Shown here: piece after piece, positions 1 through 13,414 of the stretch
Layout: each line of letters starts with the position of its first letter
How positions within the stretch are numbered: the first letter of the stretch is position 1
Source of the DNA: Eledone cirrhosa
Lineage: Eukaryota
Assembly: GCA_964016885.1 (NCBI GenBank)
Contig: OZ024745.1
Span: 123,008,001 to 123,072,000, forward strand
Length of the DNA: 64,000 bases
Direction of reading: 5' to 3'
The notes under the pieces: generated by a model
What the model was told of the DNA's origin: nothing
The model's database searches: none
What the model saw: the letters and a program-made list of their open reading frames with translations, nothing else
Made by a program: the position numbers and the translations under genes

Positions 1-2034
1 TTGCAACAAAGAAAATTCTACTACAGGCAGCCAAGAGTGAATTGGTGGTGTTTAACCAGTTGATAGATTAAAACTACCACCCAAAGATAATCTGAACATA
101 TGTTGAAAACCTGAGAATGAAAAGTCGAAAGCAAAAATAAAAAAACGCTTTTTTTTCTCTTACATTTATATAAAGCTAAACCTTTCATTTTGTTCATGGT
201 AGGTTAAATACAAATTATCTCACAAGAATTTCTTAGAGACATTTAACAGCTACATAATTATTAATATACTACTTTGGTTTATATTTGGTGAATAGAGGAA
301 AAGAGATGATTCTGAATGATAACAGTATGATACTAAACTTCAACATAGTTGCCACTAAAACAAAATAAAGATATATGCAGGGTTGTAGACTTAGAGATCT
401 TATTAAGATATCTATATATAAAGATACAAGAATGCAATCATAAATGTCTATAACACGAAATTTCATCAGAAATCATATCTTCAGCTTACCCTTAGGATTA
501 AGAATGATTATCCTACAAATGTTTCTTAATGGCTAGTATATTTGACAGGAGATCTTTATCCTGCAATATAATTAAGAATACACTATCAGCTAAAATTTTA
601 CTATTTATTATTAGGAAAATGCACTGTGTGCTTATCAGTATGAAAATTGAAAGGTTCAAATTGGAAAATCTGAAAGTCTAAAATTAAATTTGTGTTCAGA
701 CTGCTATTTGCAGATAATAAAAAAAAAAAAGAAAGGACAAAGAATTACTATTCTGTCTCCAAAATGCTGACAATGTATCAATATCAAACACCAATTATCT
801 TTTTTTAACTTTTTTTTTGTTTTTTGTCTTTGCTTTAATATCTTGTTAAATCATTGAATGAGTTGTCTTATATAATCTTGTGAAACTGATATTTGATATC
901 TTGTGAAGTAGCTTCTGAATATCATATGACAGAAGCTATACTATCTAACTATCCCATTGATAATTGAAGAGTAAATGATGTACATTGAAAAACATTAAAT
1001 ACAAACTACTACTTTCAAATTACACTTCTCTCAACTTTCTCTTTCCAAAACAGTTTAGTCAAACATTTTACATATTCTTCCCTATAACATTATCAATATC
1101 TATACAAATCTAATTTTTAACAGTTGTTTTCTTTAGCCTTAACCCATTAATATACAGCATTTTCTTTTATTATTGAGCTTTTAATTATATCTATATCTTC
1201 TTACACACTTTTATCTAACTATATATTTTCAAAGTATGCTTAAGTAATAAATCCTGTGGGAACTCTGCAATTTCTATCATTCCAGCATTTTAAAATACAT
1301 GCATACATACATATATAGATACATACATACATACATATATAGATACATGCATGCATGATAGCTACAATTCGATTTCAACGAATGCCATCATTTGATACTT
1401 AAGTATGGGCATCTTGGACGTGACATTTTAGTCCTGCTAGGGACTTGCCTATGGCCAGCAATAACGTGCATCACAAAAAAATGTCACATATCAAGCAATG
1501 CCTGTGCTTGAAGATTTTTTAAGAGAGGAAAGGCATTGCATGGGGTCACTCACACTCTCTGAACATTGAATGCATTTGCCCAAAAAGAAGAACTGGTCTA
1601 CATCATTGGATGTAAACAAAGTCGTAGGTTTTATATCAGTGTGACCTAGAGAGATGTCTTAATAAAGAATAGGAGTCTCCCGTTCCACACACAAAATAAA
1701 ATGCATACATACATACACACATACATATAATTTAGTATAGTTACATTATATCTCCGTGTGTTATAAGAGGTGACTAAAGGGGAGGGTAGCTGGCTGCAAA
1801 ATCTTACTTTAAATAGGAATTTACCTCAAACAATGACCTTACAATGTTTTTTGTTGTATATACCGAACATGATAAACAGGCGAAATTCCAGAGTAACAAG
1901 ACTCACTGTTTAGCCTTTATATAAATGATTATTAAAACTTTACTTCTGTATTGAGTATTCCTTTCTCTCAGCCATCAACCATATATGGGTATATATATAT
2001 ATATGTGTGTGTGTGTGTGAGTGTGTGTGTGTGG

Positions 2035-2218
2035 GCATCCCGGGTTCAATCAGGGGTAACCACAGTAAGGTACTCAATACATAGCAAGGTATAAATGTTT
2101 AATATATAAATGGCTTCTACAGGACTAGAACTGTTTCATTCGAAGGAAATCATCAGGAAGGCCCTGATGATTTCCTTCGAATGAAACAGTTCTAGTCCTG
2201 TAGAAGCCATTTATATAT
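2035..2218 (-). mobile_element. Hammerhead-bearing fold-back element, family HH1 subfamily A (Penelope/retrozyme-like, non-autonomous)
   Basis: Perfect 56-bp inverted repeat (2102-2157 / 2163-2218, 5-nt loop) containing CTGATGA-TTTCCTTCGAAT-GAAACAG..CTGTA. The unique tail 2035-2101 is shared with copies at 20.6, 22.3 and 57.7 kb. Flanked by (TG)n and (TA)n. Confidence 0.8.
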
Positions 2219-3214
2219 ATATATATATATATATAGATAGATATATTATATATATGAATATTATTAATTATTTCTTGTTTGCCCTTTTGAATCTGCTCCT
2301 AGTTTTATGATATGAAGCTGTTTATTTTACAGTATTTATATTTATCCAAAAAATTTCCATAATTTAAGAACATTTGCAAAGTTATGATACAAATACCACA
2401 AAAATAAGGAGAAAGTTATTGATATTACAAAATATCGTACCTCAAAATTTTGGGTTATTTTAAAAATGATCTGAAAATTATAAACAGTATCATTTATTAG
2501 TAATAAGGTAAGGAAAGGGTTAATGATATATATTTTTTCTATTTTGGCTAAAATATTTTTATACTGCTCTTCAAATAGAACTCCACACCACTTATAGATA
2601 TTACTATGTCAGAAAACCACACTAATATGCAACTGGATTTCCCTGTACACAATTAATTTGAAGCTTTAGGCCATCTTAAGAAACTAAAATTTAAAAAAAA
2701 GCTCTACACAAAACATAATAATAAAATTTTTTTTAAATACTATAAACTAAGAAGCAACAAATCCATCAAACTTGAACTAACACTCGCAAACTCATTGGTT
2801 TTAAATAATTAGGATTCACAGGTCAATTATCAACGAAATCTGCTGTAGTTTATTTTTTTTTTTTACGAAATTATTTCCAACAGAGCATTTGTAGATTCTC
2901 CTCATCTTTCACATTTAGCAGCAAAACTCATGTAACGCTGTCTCTTTCCTCCATCACTACTTGTTTTTGTTATCATTTTTATTTAATTTATTTTTTTATT
3001 TTTATTTGTCTATTATTATTATCATTTTTTTTTCTCACGAATGAGAGATAAAAATTAAACAACTTCAGCCAAATGTGTTCTATTAGAATTTGCACAAGTG
3101 CTTCATTTCGAGATCTAAAATTAAACTTTGCAGAATGAAAGAACATGCTATTAGAAGTATTTAGCCACTATAGAACAATCAATACACTTGCATAAAGACA
3201 AAAAGGCATTTGTG

Positions 3215-3479
3215 GATGTGTATGTTTGTATGCATGTATATACACACATATATATATGTATGCATATATGCATGAATACATGTGTGTGTGTATATATATA
3301 TATACACACACATATATATATTTGTATGCATATATGCATGAAATACATGTGTGTATATATATATACACACATATATATATATATATATATATGTATGCAT
3401 ATATGCATGAATACACGTGTGTGTGTATATATATACACACATATATATATATGTATGCATATATGCATGAATACATGTG

Positions 3480-3530
<51 letters not shown>

Positions 3531-3585
3531 GCACATATATGTGTGTGAGTGTCTGTGTGTTTGTGTGTGTGTGAGTGTGTGTGTA
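3215..3585. repeat. Compound (TA)/(TG) microsatellite with about four higher-order units
   Basis: Unit TATGTATGCATATATGCATGAATACATGTGTG..TATACACACATA recurs about four times. Confidence 0.85.
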
Positions 3586-4639
3586 ATGATCATTATTTGA
3601 TATTGCCACTTGAAATATAAACATTTGCTGTGATAGAAGAATTTAATACAATTTTGATTTTCTTTTTCTCGTTTCTATATGTATATCCATGTGTATTCTA
3701 TTTTCTTGAATATGTATACAGTAACCTTGTGTGACATAAGAGGCAGCTAAAAGGGTTGGCATCAAGCAGGGCATGCAGACACATAAAATTCCATCCAGTA
3801 TAGAGAAATAAACGTAAAGTCTATGATGACATGTATACATATGTGAGGCTTCACATAAACACATGGATACAGACACACTGATAATGTATTAAATTTTATC
3901 ATGGAGAAATAGAGAAAAAAAGAAGAGAGAAAGGGCATGTTTAATAGGGATTAACAAGTAATGATTTAGTAAACAATCTATTTTCATATCTCAGTGTTTT
4001 GATCATAAATGTCTTTAACAAACAGGATATCCTACTTTTCAATTGTAGCTGCCTGTATCGAGTTCTAACATTAGGTAACTTATGACCAGGAGGTCATCCC
4101 AGTCAGGCAAAATATCATGTGAAAATATGGGGGTAAAATCCTTTCCAAAAAAAAACAGTAATGTCAGGGTAATGAGTCAAAGTTAATCTTTAGTTTGAAA
4201 ACCAAAGAAGCTGAATCAATGATTATATACTTTCAAAAGTGGAAACCATTTTCCAGAGATATGCAATCAAGAAAAAATAAAGATATAGATGTCTCTTTGT
4301 TTTTTTTTTGTTTTTTTGTTTGTTTTTTTTCTGTGTTTTTTTCTGCTCCACATACATAAATAACCTTTGAAGAATTGTGTTGCATCTTTAACCAAAATCT
4401 TGGGAAACCATCCCACATCTTGATAAAATCATAAAATTGCAGATTCACAAAAGTATATTACAGACTATTCACTCTATGGGCATCACGATGGTAAATGTTA
4501 AATAAATAAATAAATAAATAAATTTGATTCCCAAAAATTATTCTGCAGACATATTATAAACCATTATATAACCTCGACTTTATGGAGACATAATATTTCA
4601 GCCTGGTAACTTAGCCCTCTTTTAGTTGTCATATACATA

Positions 4640-4740
4640 ATCTATGTACTATACATGCACCTTTGATGAGTTGTAGTGCACCTAAGCACTGTACACAATA
4701 ATTTCATTATTCTTATTCTTATTTTCATTATTATATTATT
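4640..4740 (+). mobile_element. CR1-like LINE 3' tail fragment
   Basis: Matches the 3' end of the 13.4-13.7 kb element (CATGCACCTTTGATGAGTTGTAGTGCACCT..ATAATTTCATTATT). Confidence 0.7.
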
Positions 4741-4744
4741 AATC

Positions 4745-5045
4745 AGTGTACACTGAGGATGAGGAACTCAGAACTGTAGGGAAGCCTCCCAAATGTCAGC
4801 TCGAAAGTGACACTGAGGAGATTGAGGTTAGCTGGACATGCTCATCGACATTCAAAGTTGACACTGCACTCAGTGGTCCTGTGGGAGCCACTACACAGAC
4901 TCACTAGAAGAGGATGTCATATGTTGATGCCCTAAGGTCAGACACCTGCCTCTGGGAGGACATAGCAACGATGATGAAGGACAGAGACCACTGGAGAGAA
5001 CTCGTCCCTGGATCTCAGGAATGTTACCTGCCCTAGATAGATATA
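4745..5045 (+). mobile_element. Degenerate RTE-X-like LINE ORF C-terminus
   Basis: Translates with a frameshift to SLPNVSSKVTLRRLRLAGHAHRHSKLTLHSVVLWEPLHRLTRRG..YVDALRSDT..MMKDRDHWRELV, the RLRxxGH..W.P..RG..DR..W motif series of RTE/RTE-X C-termini. Confidence 0.75.
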
Positions 5046-5155
5046 TTAGAAATACCACATATATTTACTCCAGTAGTTGACCTGTGCTAGATTTCAATAA
5101 TCAAAGTAAAACCCAGTAATAACTCTATTAGTCTGTATGCATGCAATAACATAAT

Positions 5156-5345
5156 TGTTTCTACTTTGGGCACAAGGCCAGCAATTATCCCAGTACATTA
5201 CTGGTACTTTATTTTATCGACCTCGTAAGGATGAAAGGCAAAGTTGACCTCGGCGGGATTTGAACTCAGACCATAAAGGGCCGTAACTCTTTGTTGCAAA
5301 GTATGGCGTCCGACCCTCTACCAATACTGCCAATCCACCACCCTT
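5156..5345 (-). mobile_element. tRNA-derived SINE family S1, full length with TSD
   Basis: A box TGGCAGTATTGG, B box GTTCAAATCCC and body AACTTTGCCTTTCATCCTTAC..GATAAAATAAAGTACCAG. Direct repeat TGCAATAACATAAT at 5142-5155 and 5350-5363. Confidence 0.85.
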
Positions 5346-5923
5346 TGTATGCAATAACATAATGAACATTCATACACACACACACATACACTCACACACA
5401 TACACTACACATACATGCGTGCACACACAAACACACTCGCACACACACACCACACACGTGCGCACACACACACACACCTTATTGCCTCTTTAGCCTTCTT
5501 TAGTCTATTTTCAAAATTCTGTATAAAAGGAACTGTAGCTGAATACAAATGTACTTAAATAATTACAGACATTTGTGGCTCCAATAATTTCTCCTTTTAT
5601 GTACTAATCAAACCCATTGTGATTCTGATCCTTCATTATCTTTGTTTTACTTTTATTAATTATCAATCCAATTATTTTCCCCTTCAGTAACTAAGCAGTT
5701 TAGAAATTCTTGCATCTCTTCTATAATATTGAGCCAACATCTCTTCTATAATATTGAGACATCATTGGTGTCATCCAAGATATACAATTTTCTTTAATTA
5801 ACTCAATCTATCCCATAATTTCATCAGTCAAGTATTTTACCAATCACAAAAATCGATAATCAATATAAAAAACCTTAAATAATAATATACTACTCAACAG
5901 CACTTCAGAATTATCTGGAAAAG

Positions 5924-6197
5924 TTCTTATAAAGGCACAAGGCCAGCAATTTTGGGGGAGGCGGAAGTCGATTAAATTGACCTCAGTACATTACTGGTAC
6001 TTTATTTTATCGACCCCGTAAGGATGAAAAGCAAAGTTAACTTTGATGGGATTATGATCTGAGTTCAAATCCCGCCAAGGTCAACTTTGCCTTTCATCCT
6101 TACGGGGTTGATAAAATAAAGTACCAGTAATGTACTGGCGTGGATTTAATCGACTTTATCCTCCCCTCAAATTACTGGCCTTGTGCCTTTATAAGAA
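5924..6197. mobile_element. Head-to-head inverted pair of S1 SINE bodies
   Basis: 5924-6053 is the reverse complement of about 6068-6197 (TTCTTATAAAGGCACAAGGCCAG...CTGGCCTTGTGCCTTTATAAGAA). Confidence 0.85.
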
Positions 6198-6232
6198 ACC
6201 ATTATGACTTCAAGGGCAGTAGATTAGCAGTA

Positions 6233-6652
6233 TTGATGATGATGATGATGATGATGATGAACACACACAGATACACACAGACAGACACACACATATATAT
6301 ACACAGATACACACACAGACACACACATATATACACACTCAGACACACATAGACACACACACATATATATATACACACAGATACACACACAGACACACAC
6401 ACACAGACACACACAAATATACACACACAGACACACACATATCTACATACACAACACACACAGACACACACATCTATACACACACAGAAACACACATATA
6501 TACACTCAGACACACACATACATACACAGACACACACATATATACACACACAAACACACACAGACACACACATATATACACACACAGACACACACATATA
6601 TACATACACACAGACACACATACATATACACACACAGACACACACATATATA
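6233..6652. repeat. (GAT)n followed by degenerate (CA)n microsatellite
   Basis: Direct inspection. Confidence 0.9.
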
Positions 6653-6919
6653 CAATCTAGATGAGGTGTCTTTATGTTAACAAGCATGATGAAAGTATCT
6701 TTGTCTCATTTATACAAAATAGTCTTTGAATTTTGAATCCACTACCTCTACATTATAATCAAAACTGGAAAAGCAAGAAGGAAGAATCCGGAATGGTAAT
6801 TAAACATTTAATTTGTTCAAGTGACATTATTGATTTGCTTGTCTTTAATTTTATATCTAACAGTCAATACCAGGTTTTTGAAACATAATTAGTTGAAATG
6901 AATAAGTATTTATAGATGA

Positions 6920-7113
6920 ATAGTTGATGATGATGGTGATGGTGATGGCAATGGTTGTGGTGGCTGTCATCGTGGTGTTGTTCTTAGTGTTGGTGGTGGT
7001 TGTTAGTGGTGGTGGTGGTGGTGGTGGTGGTGGTGGAGTTAGTGATGATAATGGTGATGATACTAGTGAGAGGGTGATGCTAGTGATGATAATGATGATG
7101 GTGGTAGTGTTGG

Positions 7114-7147
<34 letters not shown>

Positions 7148-7278
7148 AGTGGTGGCTGTCATCATGGTGGTGGTGGTGGTGTTAATGATGATAATGATGA
7201 TGATACTAGTGAGAGTGTGGATGCTAGAGGGAGGGTGATGCTAGAGGGAGGGTGATGATGATGCTGCTGCTGATGATA
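6920..7278. repeat. (GAT/GGT)n trinucleotide mosaic
   Basis: Direct inspection. Confidence 0.9.
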
Positions 7279-7637
7279 TAATGCTTAACAAAACAACAGA
7301 TTATAACATGTAGAAAAAGGAGGAGCTAGAGTAGGAAGAAATGGGGCAAGATAGAATGTTGTTTACAACAAGTTAAAACAGAATAAAAATTTCAAATCGG
7401 AGATGTCATTCTAGTTCCATGTATATGTTGCCATGGAATATCCTCAGATTTATAGGTGAGGAAACAAAACAATTATGTTTAGACCTTTTATTTGGCTACT
7501 ACAAATTGACAGATTCTTTAGAGCATTGGATTAAATACTTCACAGGATTTGCTCCAGATCTGTGCACATTAAGTTCAAACCCCATTGAGGTCAACTTTGC
7601 CTTTCAGTTTTTACTGGCTTATTAATAACTTACTAGT

Positions 7638-7972
7638 GGAGAAGGTGTATGGCTTAGTGGTTAGAGCGTTGGGCTTGCAATTGTGAGGGAGTTTGATTCT
7701 CAGACCGGGTGATGTGTTGCGTCCTTGAGCAAGACACTTTATTTCACGTTGCTCCAGTTTACTCAGCTGTAGAAATGAGTTGCCACGTCACTTGTGCCAA
7801 GCTGTATTCAGCCTTTGCTTTTCCCTTGGACAACATCGGTGGCATGGAGAGGAGAGACTGGTATGCGTGGACGACTGCAGGTTTTCCACAAACTACCTTG
7901 TCTGGACTTGTGCCTCAGAGGGGATCTTTCTAGGTGCAAATCCCATGGTCATTCATGAACAAAGGGGGCCTT
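7638..7972 (+). mobile_element. tRNA-derived SINE family S2 (CORE-like central domain)
   Basis: A box TGGCTTAGTGG, degenerate B box, then GTCCTTGAGCAAGACACTTTATTTCACGTTGCTCCAG. The same head occurs at 10.0, 22.6, 47.4, 51.5 and 54.8 kb. Confidence 0.75.
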
Positions 7973-8792
7973 TACACATACTAGTCCAGAAATCATAGCT
8001 GTCACATTAGTCTAGGGCTGCTGATGTGCCTTCCTGTTCACTCTTCAAGGGTCTGGAGGTGGTCTCCTCTGTACAACGAATCTTTGAGGTGACTTTTTCA
8101 TGTTTATTTTATGAGCCTACTCTTCGATGCTGGTTCAGGACATGTTGGAAGATAGCATTGGTGATTGAACTTTGTGGAGAAAATTATCTCTTGTTGATGC
8201 GCAGTCTGCAACTGGCGAAGTTTAGCGTCAAAGTGTTAAGTAGTAGTCCAAAAGGTTGGACTTGTCATATATTTTTTTGTCCTTTACATTCTAATTTTAG
8301 CTGAGTGTATAAATATATACACATATCTAATTCATAGGCATGTAAACAAGCCAGAAAATACAAAATTGAAAACATGATAAACTTCTTTAATCGATATATG
8401 TATATATGTGTGTGTGTGTGTGTATAACAATATAGTATAAATATGTGTTATTATAAAGGACAGCTATAACCTATGGTGAGTGAACATGCCTATCAGATCA
8501 TCCCTATCACTACCACAATGATATAGCTGACAGAAGTACCATGATGTGATATTTTAGAGGAATCTATTCATGTGATTAGATGTCTTTTCTGCCCTGTAAT
8601 TAACTTGATTCTTATGAAAACTATTTAACTTTCAGACTTGCTTATCAATTGATCAGTTTTTACTAGGATGGCTATGTAAACCTGAAGTTTTACATATATG
8701 GATTAATCCTAACTATGAATATGAACCAAAAATCAATAATGTTAAACTGGTTGACAGTATCGACCACTGTGCTTGTATTAAATATCCAAATA

Positions 8793-8985
8793 ATTAATAC
8801 TTTAGTATTTACATTACTTTATATTTACTATTGTATTTTCATGGTAAAGGCTTTACCTCACATACTATCGAATCTATGAGAACAATACCTTAACATTAGT
8901 ATGAGCAGCCTGTTACAGCCAGTTTGAACAGAAAGAGGTGAGAGAATTCTGACCAGATATGGTCAGTTTAAATGCTGAAGAGTTA
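8793..8985. mobile_element. piggyBac-like MITE family M1 (diverged)
   Basis: Homologous to the intact copy at 30931-31160 and ends AAATGCTGAAGAGTTAA. Confidence 0.65.
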
Positions 8986-9211
8986 ATCTAAGGCTGTCTC
9001 AACTGAAGGTATGGTCCCTTTTAGAAGATTGAACTCCACAAAATCAGTCAAATTTTGGTTCCCTTGAAGAAAGACACATATGTGATTGATGAAGAATTTG
9101 GCTCATGCAGGCTCTAATTCTGTTGATGAATGTTCTATCAATGATTGTTGCAGTGAAATGGTGAAAAGTTGAGTTCAACAAGCAAGTAAAAATGAGCAGT
9201 CCAGTGATGAT

Positions 9212-9397
9212 GCTGATTAGCAGTATCATTAGAGAGTCAGGCACCATGCTTTGCAGCATAGAGTTATGGCCCTTTACGTTCTGAGTTCAAATCCCGCCGA
9301 GGTTAATTTTGCCTTTCATCCTTACAGGGTCGATAAAATAAAGCACCAGTAATACACTGGGGTAATTGCTGGCCTTGTGCCAAAAGTAGAAACAATT
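9212..9397 (+). mobile_element. SINE S1
   Basis: Same A/B boxes, body and tail GTAGAAACAATT. Confidence 0.85.
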
Positions 9398-9767
9398 TGA
9401 ATCTTTTTGCTGCTCAACAGGCATCAAGAAAGCACCGGAAAAACAGAATTTTTAAAGCACCAGTAAATTCTATGAAAGCCTTATTGCTTCTTCCAGTCCA
9501 AGTGCATTATGTTATACCTTGGTTGAAAGCTGGCAACCAGCCATTTACAACAAAAACAGAGAAAATTCTATTTGTGCTTTGAATGTTTTCGCCAAATAAA
9601 ATTAATTGATTCTTGACAAATATCTCTTGTTACAATACTCTCATATTGAACTTGAAAAATTGAAAAATATATTGAATATATATATATAGAGAGAGAGACA
9701 CACATGCACATATATATATCTATATATCTATATATATATATATATTTATATATGTATCATCATCATT

Positions 9768-10095
9768 ATTTCATCATCATCATTTTACGTCCACTTTTCC
9801 CTGCTTGCAAGGGTGGGACGGGAACTGATTCTGGCTTGATTTCTACAGCTGGATGCCCTTCCTAACACCAACCTCATTTACAGTGAGTGATGGGTGCTTT
9901 TTTGCCGTGGCACCTCCACGACCACTTTGCAGTGGAATGATAGGGACCCCAGTCCCTATCATCTCATTTTTACAGCTGAGTAAACTGTGAAATAAAGTGT
10001 CTTGCTCAAGGAAACAACACATCACCTGGTCTGAGGATTGAACTCACAACCTTTCGATTGCAAGGCCAATGCTCTAACCACTAAGCCATGTGCCT

Positions 10096-10098
<3 letters not shown>
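9768..10098 (-). mobile_element. Composite SINE S2 head plus RTE-like (GAT)n tail
   Basis: Nearly identical to 47411-47750 (+) and 54596-54922 (-). tRNA-like head, CORE-like block, and tail ..GGAAAAGTGGACGTAAAATGATGATG. Confidence 0.8.
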
Positions 10099-10152
<54 letters not shown>

Positions 10153-10502
10153 CACACACATGCATACATATATATATATATTCACATACACACATACACA
10201 CGCACATGCATACATACATACATACATGGATATATACATACATACATATAGGTCACGAAAAATAAACAGGAATATTTTTACATGGGAAAGCATTACATAA
10301 TCTTTTGAAAAGTAAATCAAACCGATAAATTATCAACAAAGCTAAATGGTTGAATGCATGCTTGAGCCATCTGTTTCATAATGTACTGGAATAAGTTTAT
10401 GTTAATGCTTGAATTGAAGTCATTCAACCTATAATAACAGTGAAAGGAGAAAAAAAGAAGCACCGAGAAAAATGGAAACACACACACATGTATATATATA
10501 TA

Positions 10503-11068
10503 TATGGAGGCTGCCAACTCGTTTTTGAGTACGGCCACTACTTTATATCCATGTAGGAGAACCCCTACCGATGCGCTGAACGAGTGTGACTTTTTAGTCC
10601 AGCCGGCGACTTGAAAACTCTGGTACAAACACTACACTTGTGACAATTATTGACACATAGTGCTGGGCCCATGGTACCATGTGACGACAAGTGCAGAGAG
10701 ATCACCAGATATAAAGCAATGCCTGTGCCGTGAAGCTTTTATAGTGAGCAAAGGCACTGCACAAAGCCAGTCCTACTCTCTTAACCAAGATGATATTTAC
10801 CAAAAAGAAGAACAAGTCAACATCATTGGATACCATCAGGGTTGCAGGTGTTATACCAGAGTTTTCCTTCTCCTAGAATTCTGCCTTGACAAAGGCTAAG
10901 GGGTCATCTCTCCCGGTGATTTTGGATGGCCATTGACTCTTAAGAGCTCCTTTGCCCTTTGACAGGTTTTGTTTTTAGTCCTGCAGGATGTCCAAAGTCA
11001 CCCTCCTCACCAAGAAACCTTGGTCGGGTTGCCAGTTTAGTCGCTAACGACCCGACCATGAGACAGAA
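10503..11068 (-). mobile_element. Non-autonomous RTE-derived element ending in a C2H2 zinc-finger coding remnant
   Basis: Minus strand 10651-10565 reads NNCHKCSVCTRVFKSPAGLKSHTRSAHR*, followed by a short UTR and (TA)n. Second copy at 47926-48270 and a diverged relative at about 1370-1700. Confidence 0.65.
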
Positions 11069-12035
11069 TACATATATATACACACATGTAAACACACATG
11101 TGTACACATATATATACTACATACATGCACACACACATATGCCATGCACATGCACATACACATAGATACATGCACGCACATGCATACATGCACATGCATA
11201 CGTCCACATAAATACATACATACATGCATGCACACACATACATACATGTACACACACACACATGCATACATGCACACACACATACATACACACACACACA
11301 TGCATACATGCACACGCATACATACACACACACACACATATGTACATGCACACACGTGCATACATACACACACATATGTACATGCACACACATACATACA
11401 CACACACACTATATGTACATGCACACACGTACATACATATACACACATATGTACATGCACACATGTACATACACACACACATGTACATGCACACACGTAC
11501 GTACATACATACATATATGTACATGCACACACATACATACATGTACACGCATACGTACATGCACACACACATACATATATGCACGCACGCATACGTACAT
11601 GCACACACGTATATACATGCACACATATACATACATGCACACACATATGTGCATACTCACATGTGCATATATGCACACACATATGTACATGCACACGCAA
11701 TCATACATGCGCATGCATACATACATGCGCACACACATACATACATGCACACACATACATGCACAAACATACATACATGCACACATGCATACATGCACAC
11801 ACACACATACGTACATGCACACATACATATATACATACATGAACATACAAATGCACAAGACACATGCATACACATACCTACATACACATACATGCATGCA
11901 TATACATACGTACATGCATACACACATACATACATGCACATACACACATACATGCACACACACATACATTCATACATACACACACATGCATACATGCACA
12001 CACACATATGCATACATGAATATACAAATGTACAC
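11068..12035. repeat. About 1-kb alternating purine/pyrimidine degenerate microsatellite (ACAT/GCAC)
   Basis: Direct inspection. It accounts for all long H/T/Y/C/V/M-rich ORFs here. Confidence 0.95.
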
Positions 12036-12614
12036 AAATTTTGTAGATATACATAAGAAATATAGGAATAGAAATGTAAATACAATGAAGACTATGAGAT
12101 AAAATGGGATATAAATAGTTTGTAACATATATCAATAAATAAATAGATATACAGAGGAGGGGAGAGGACAAACTGCAAGAAAGAACAACTTGTCTGAAGT
12201 GTATGAGAGAGTTGCTCAATGAATAAAGAAAGAGATAGATGAAAATCACAAAAAACATTGATTTCTAGGCTTGGTGGTGGCACAAGGCCACAGATTTCTG
12301 TACAGAGGAAGCAATCAATCAAATTGAACCCCACCTCCTATTAATACTTATTTTATTGATTTCTGGGGGGAAAAACTGACAAGTAAAGTTGCCCTTATAA
12401 TCTAAATATTAATAACTAAGTTATCACACATTACTTAGTTCAAGCAGTCAAGCATCAGAGCTCAAGTGACAGCAAATTTAATAAATAATTAACTCATTTA
12501 TTCCCATATTATAAGGAAAAATGTTGCATATGATTTTAAATATTTTCGGAAATAATCAAGAATTTGGAAAGATTTAGTAATATAGCTTAATTTTCTCATT
12601 ATTAACTTTTAACA

Positions 12615-12937
12615 TTGGACGCCATGCTTTACAGCATAAAGTTACGGTCCTCTATGATCTAAGTTCAAATCCTGCCGAGGTTAACTTTGCCTTTCATCCT
12701 TACGGGTTCGATAAAATAAAGTACCAGTCACGCACTGGGGTCGATTTAATCGATCCCCCCCCCCCCCCCCCGAAAATTGCTGGCCTTGTGCCTATATAAG
12801 AAACCATTATTAACTTTTAACACCGGATGCCATGCTTTTCAGCGTAGAGTTACGTCCCTTTATGATCTGAGTTCAAATCCCACCGAGGTTAACTTTGCCT
12901 TTCATCCTCATGGGGTTGATAAAATAAAGTACCAGTG
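12615..12937 (+). mobile_element. Two tandem 5'-truncated S1 SINEs
   Basis: Two bodies, each preceded by CATTATTAACTTTTAACA (near 12597 and 12805). Confidence 0.8.
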
Positions 12938-13414
12938 GATCAAACATCCTGCACCACATGAAACCACATTAGCAAGACATTCTTGAAAAGTAGAAAATAG
13001 CACTAGGACTACATCACATTAGAAATTAGTCTTTAGTTTACTGCAAATTTTCACAATGATCTGTCCACAAATAAAAATACTATAAACATTTGAATTAACA
13101 AAGCAGTTGTTAAATATTCCCAGCTAAACCATTGCAGGATGTTAAGAGTTAAGCTAGTTTTAGGAGTTTAGCCAAACAAAAATTCTTATATTATGATGGA
13201 AGGTTTTTAGATAAATATAAACACTTTAAAATAAATAACTTTTTATCAAAGAACAAGGGACAGTTTTAAGAGATTTAGTATCAAAGGGGTTAAATAAGGG
13301 AGCCTGTACATGGTCGACCCAACTGCTAGAAATAGCAGCTAAATCTCACTCGAATCACACTAAAGAAAAAAGGAAAGGACTCATATTAAACAATTTAATC
13401 CTAAATACATACAC

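Noticed and set aside
10565-10651. Host C2H2 zinc-finger gene exon
   Set aside because: A single finger without a TGEKP linker inside a dispersed repeat with a second near-identical copy, better explained as a retroelement terminus.
10660-10899. Duplicated ORF MLGPWYHVTTSAERSPDIK.. (also 48082-48399)
   Set aside because: Antisense frame of the repeated RTE-derived element, not a gene.
11037-12102. Long ORFs up to 292 aa (His/Thr/Cys/Val-rich)
   Set aside because: Translations of dinucleotide-type microsatellite that are open in most frames on both strands. The same applies to all YIYI, CVCV, poly-L/S/V/H/P ORFs in the track.
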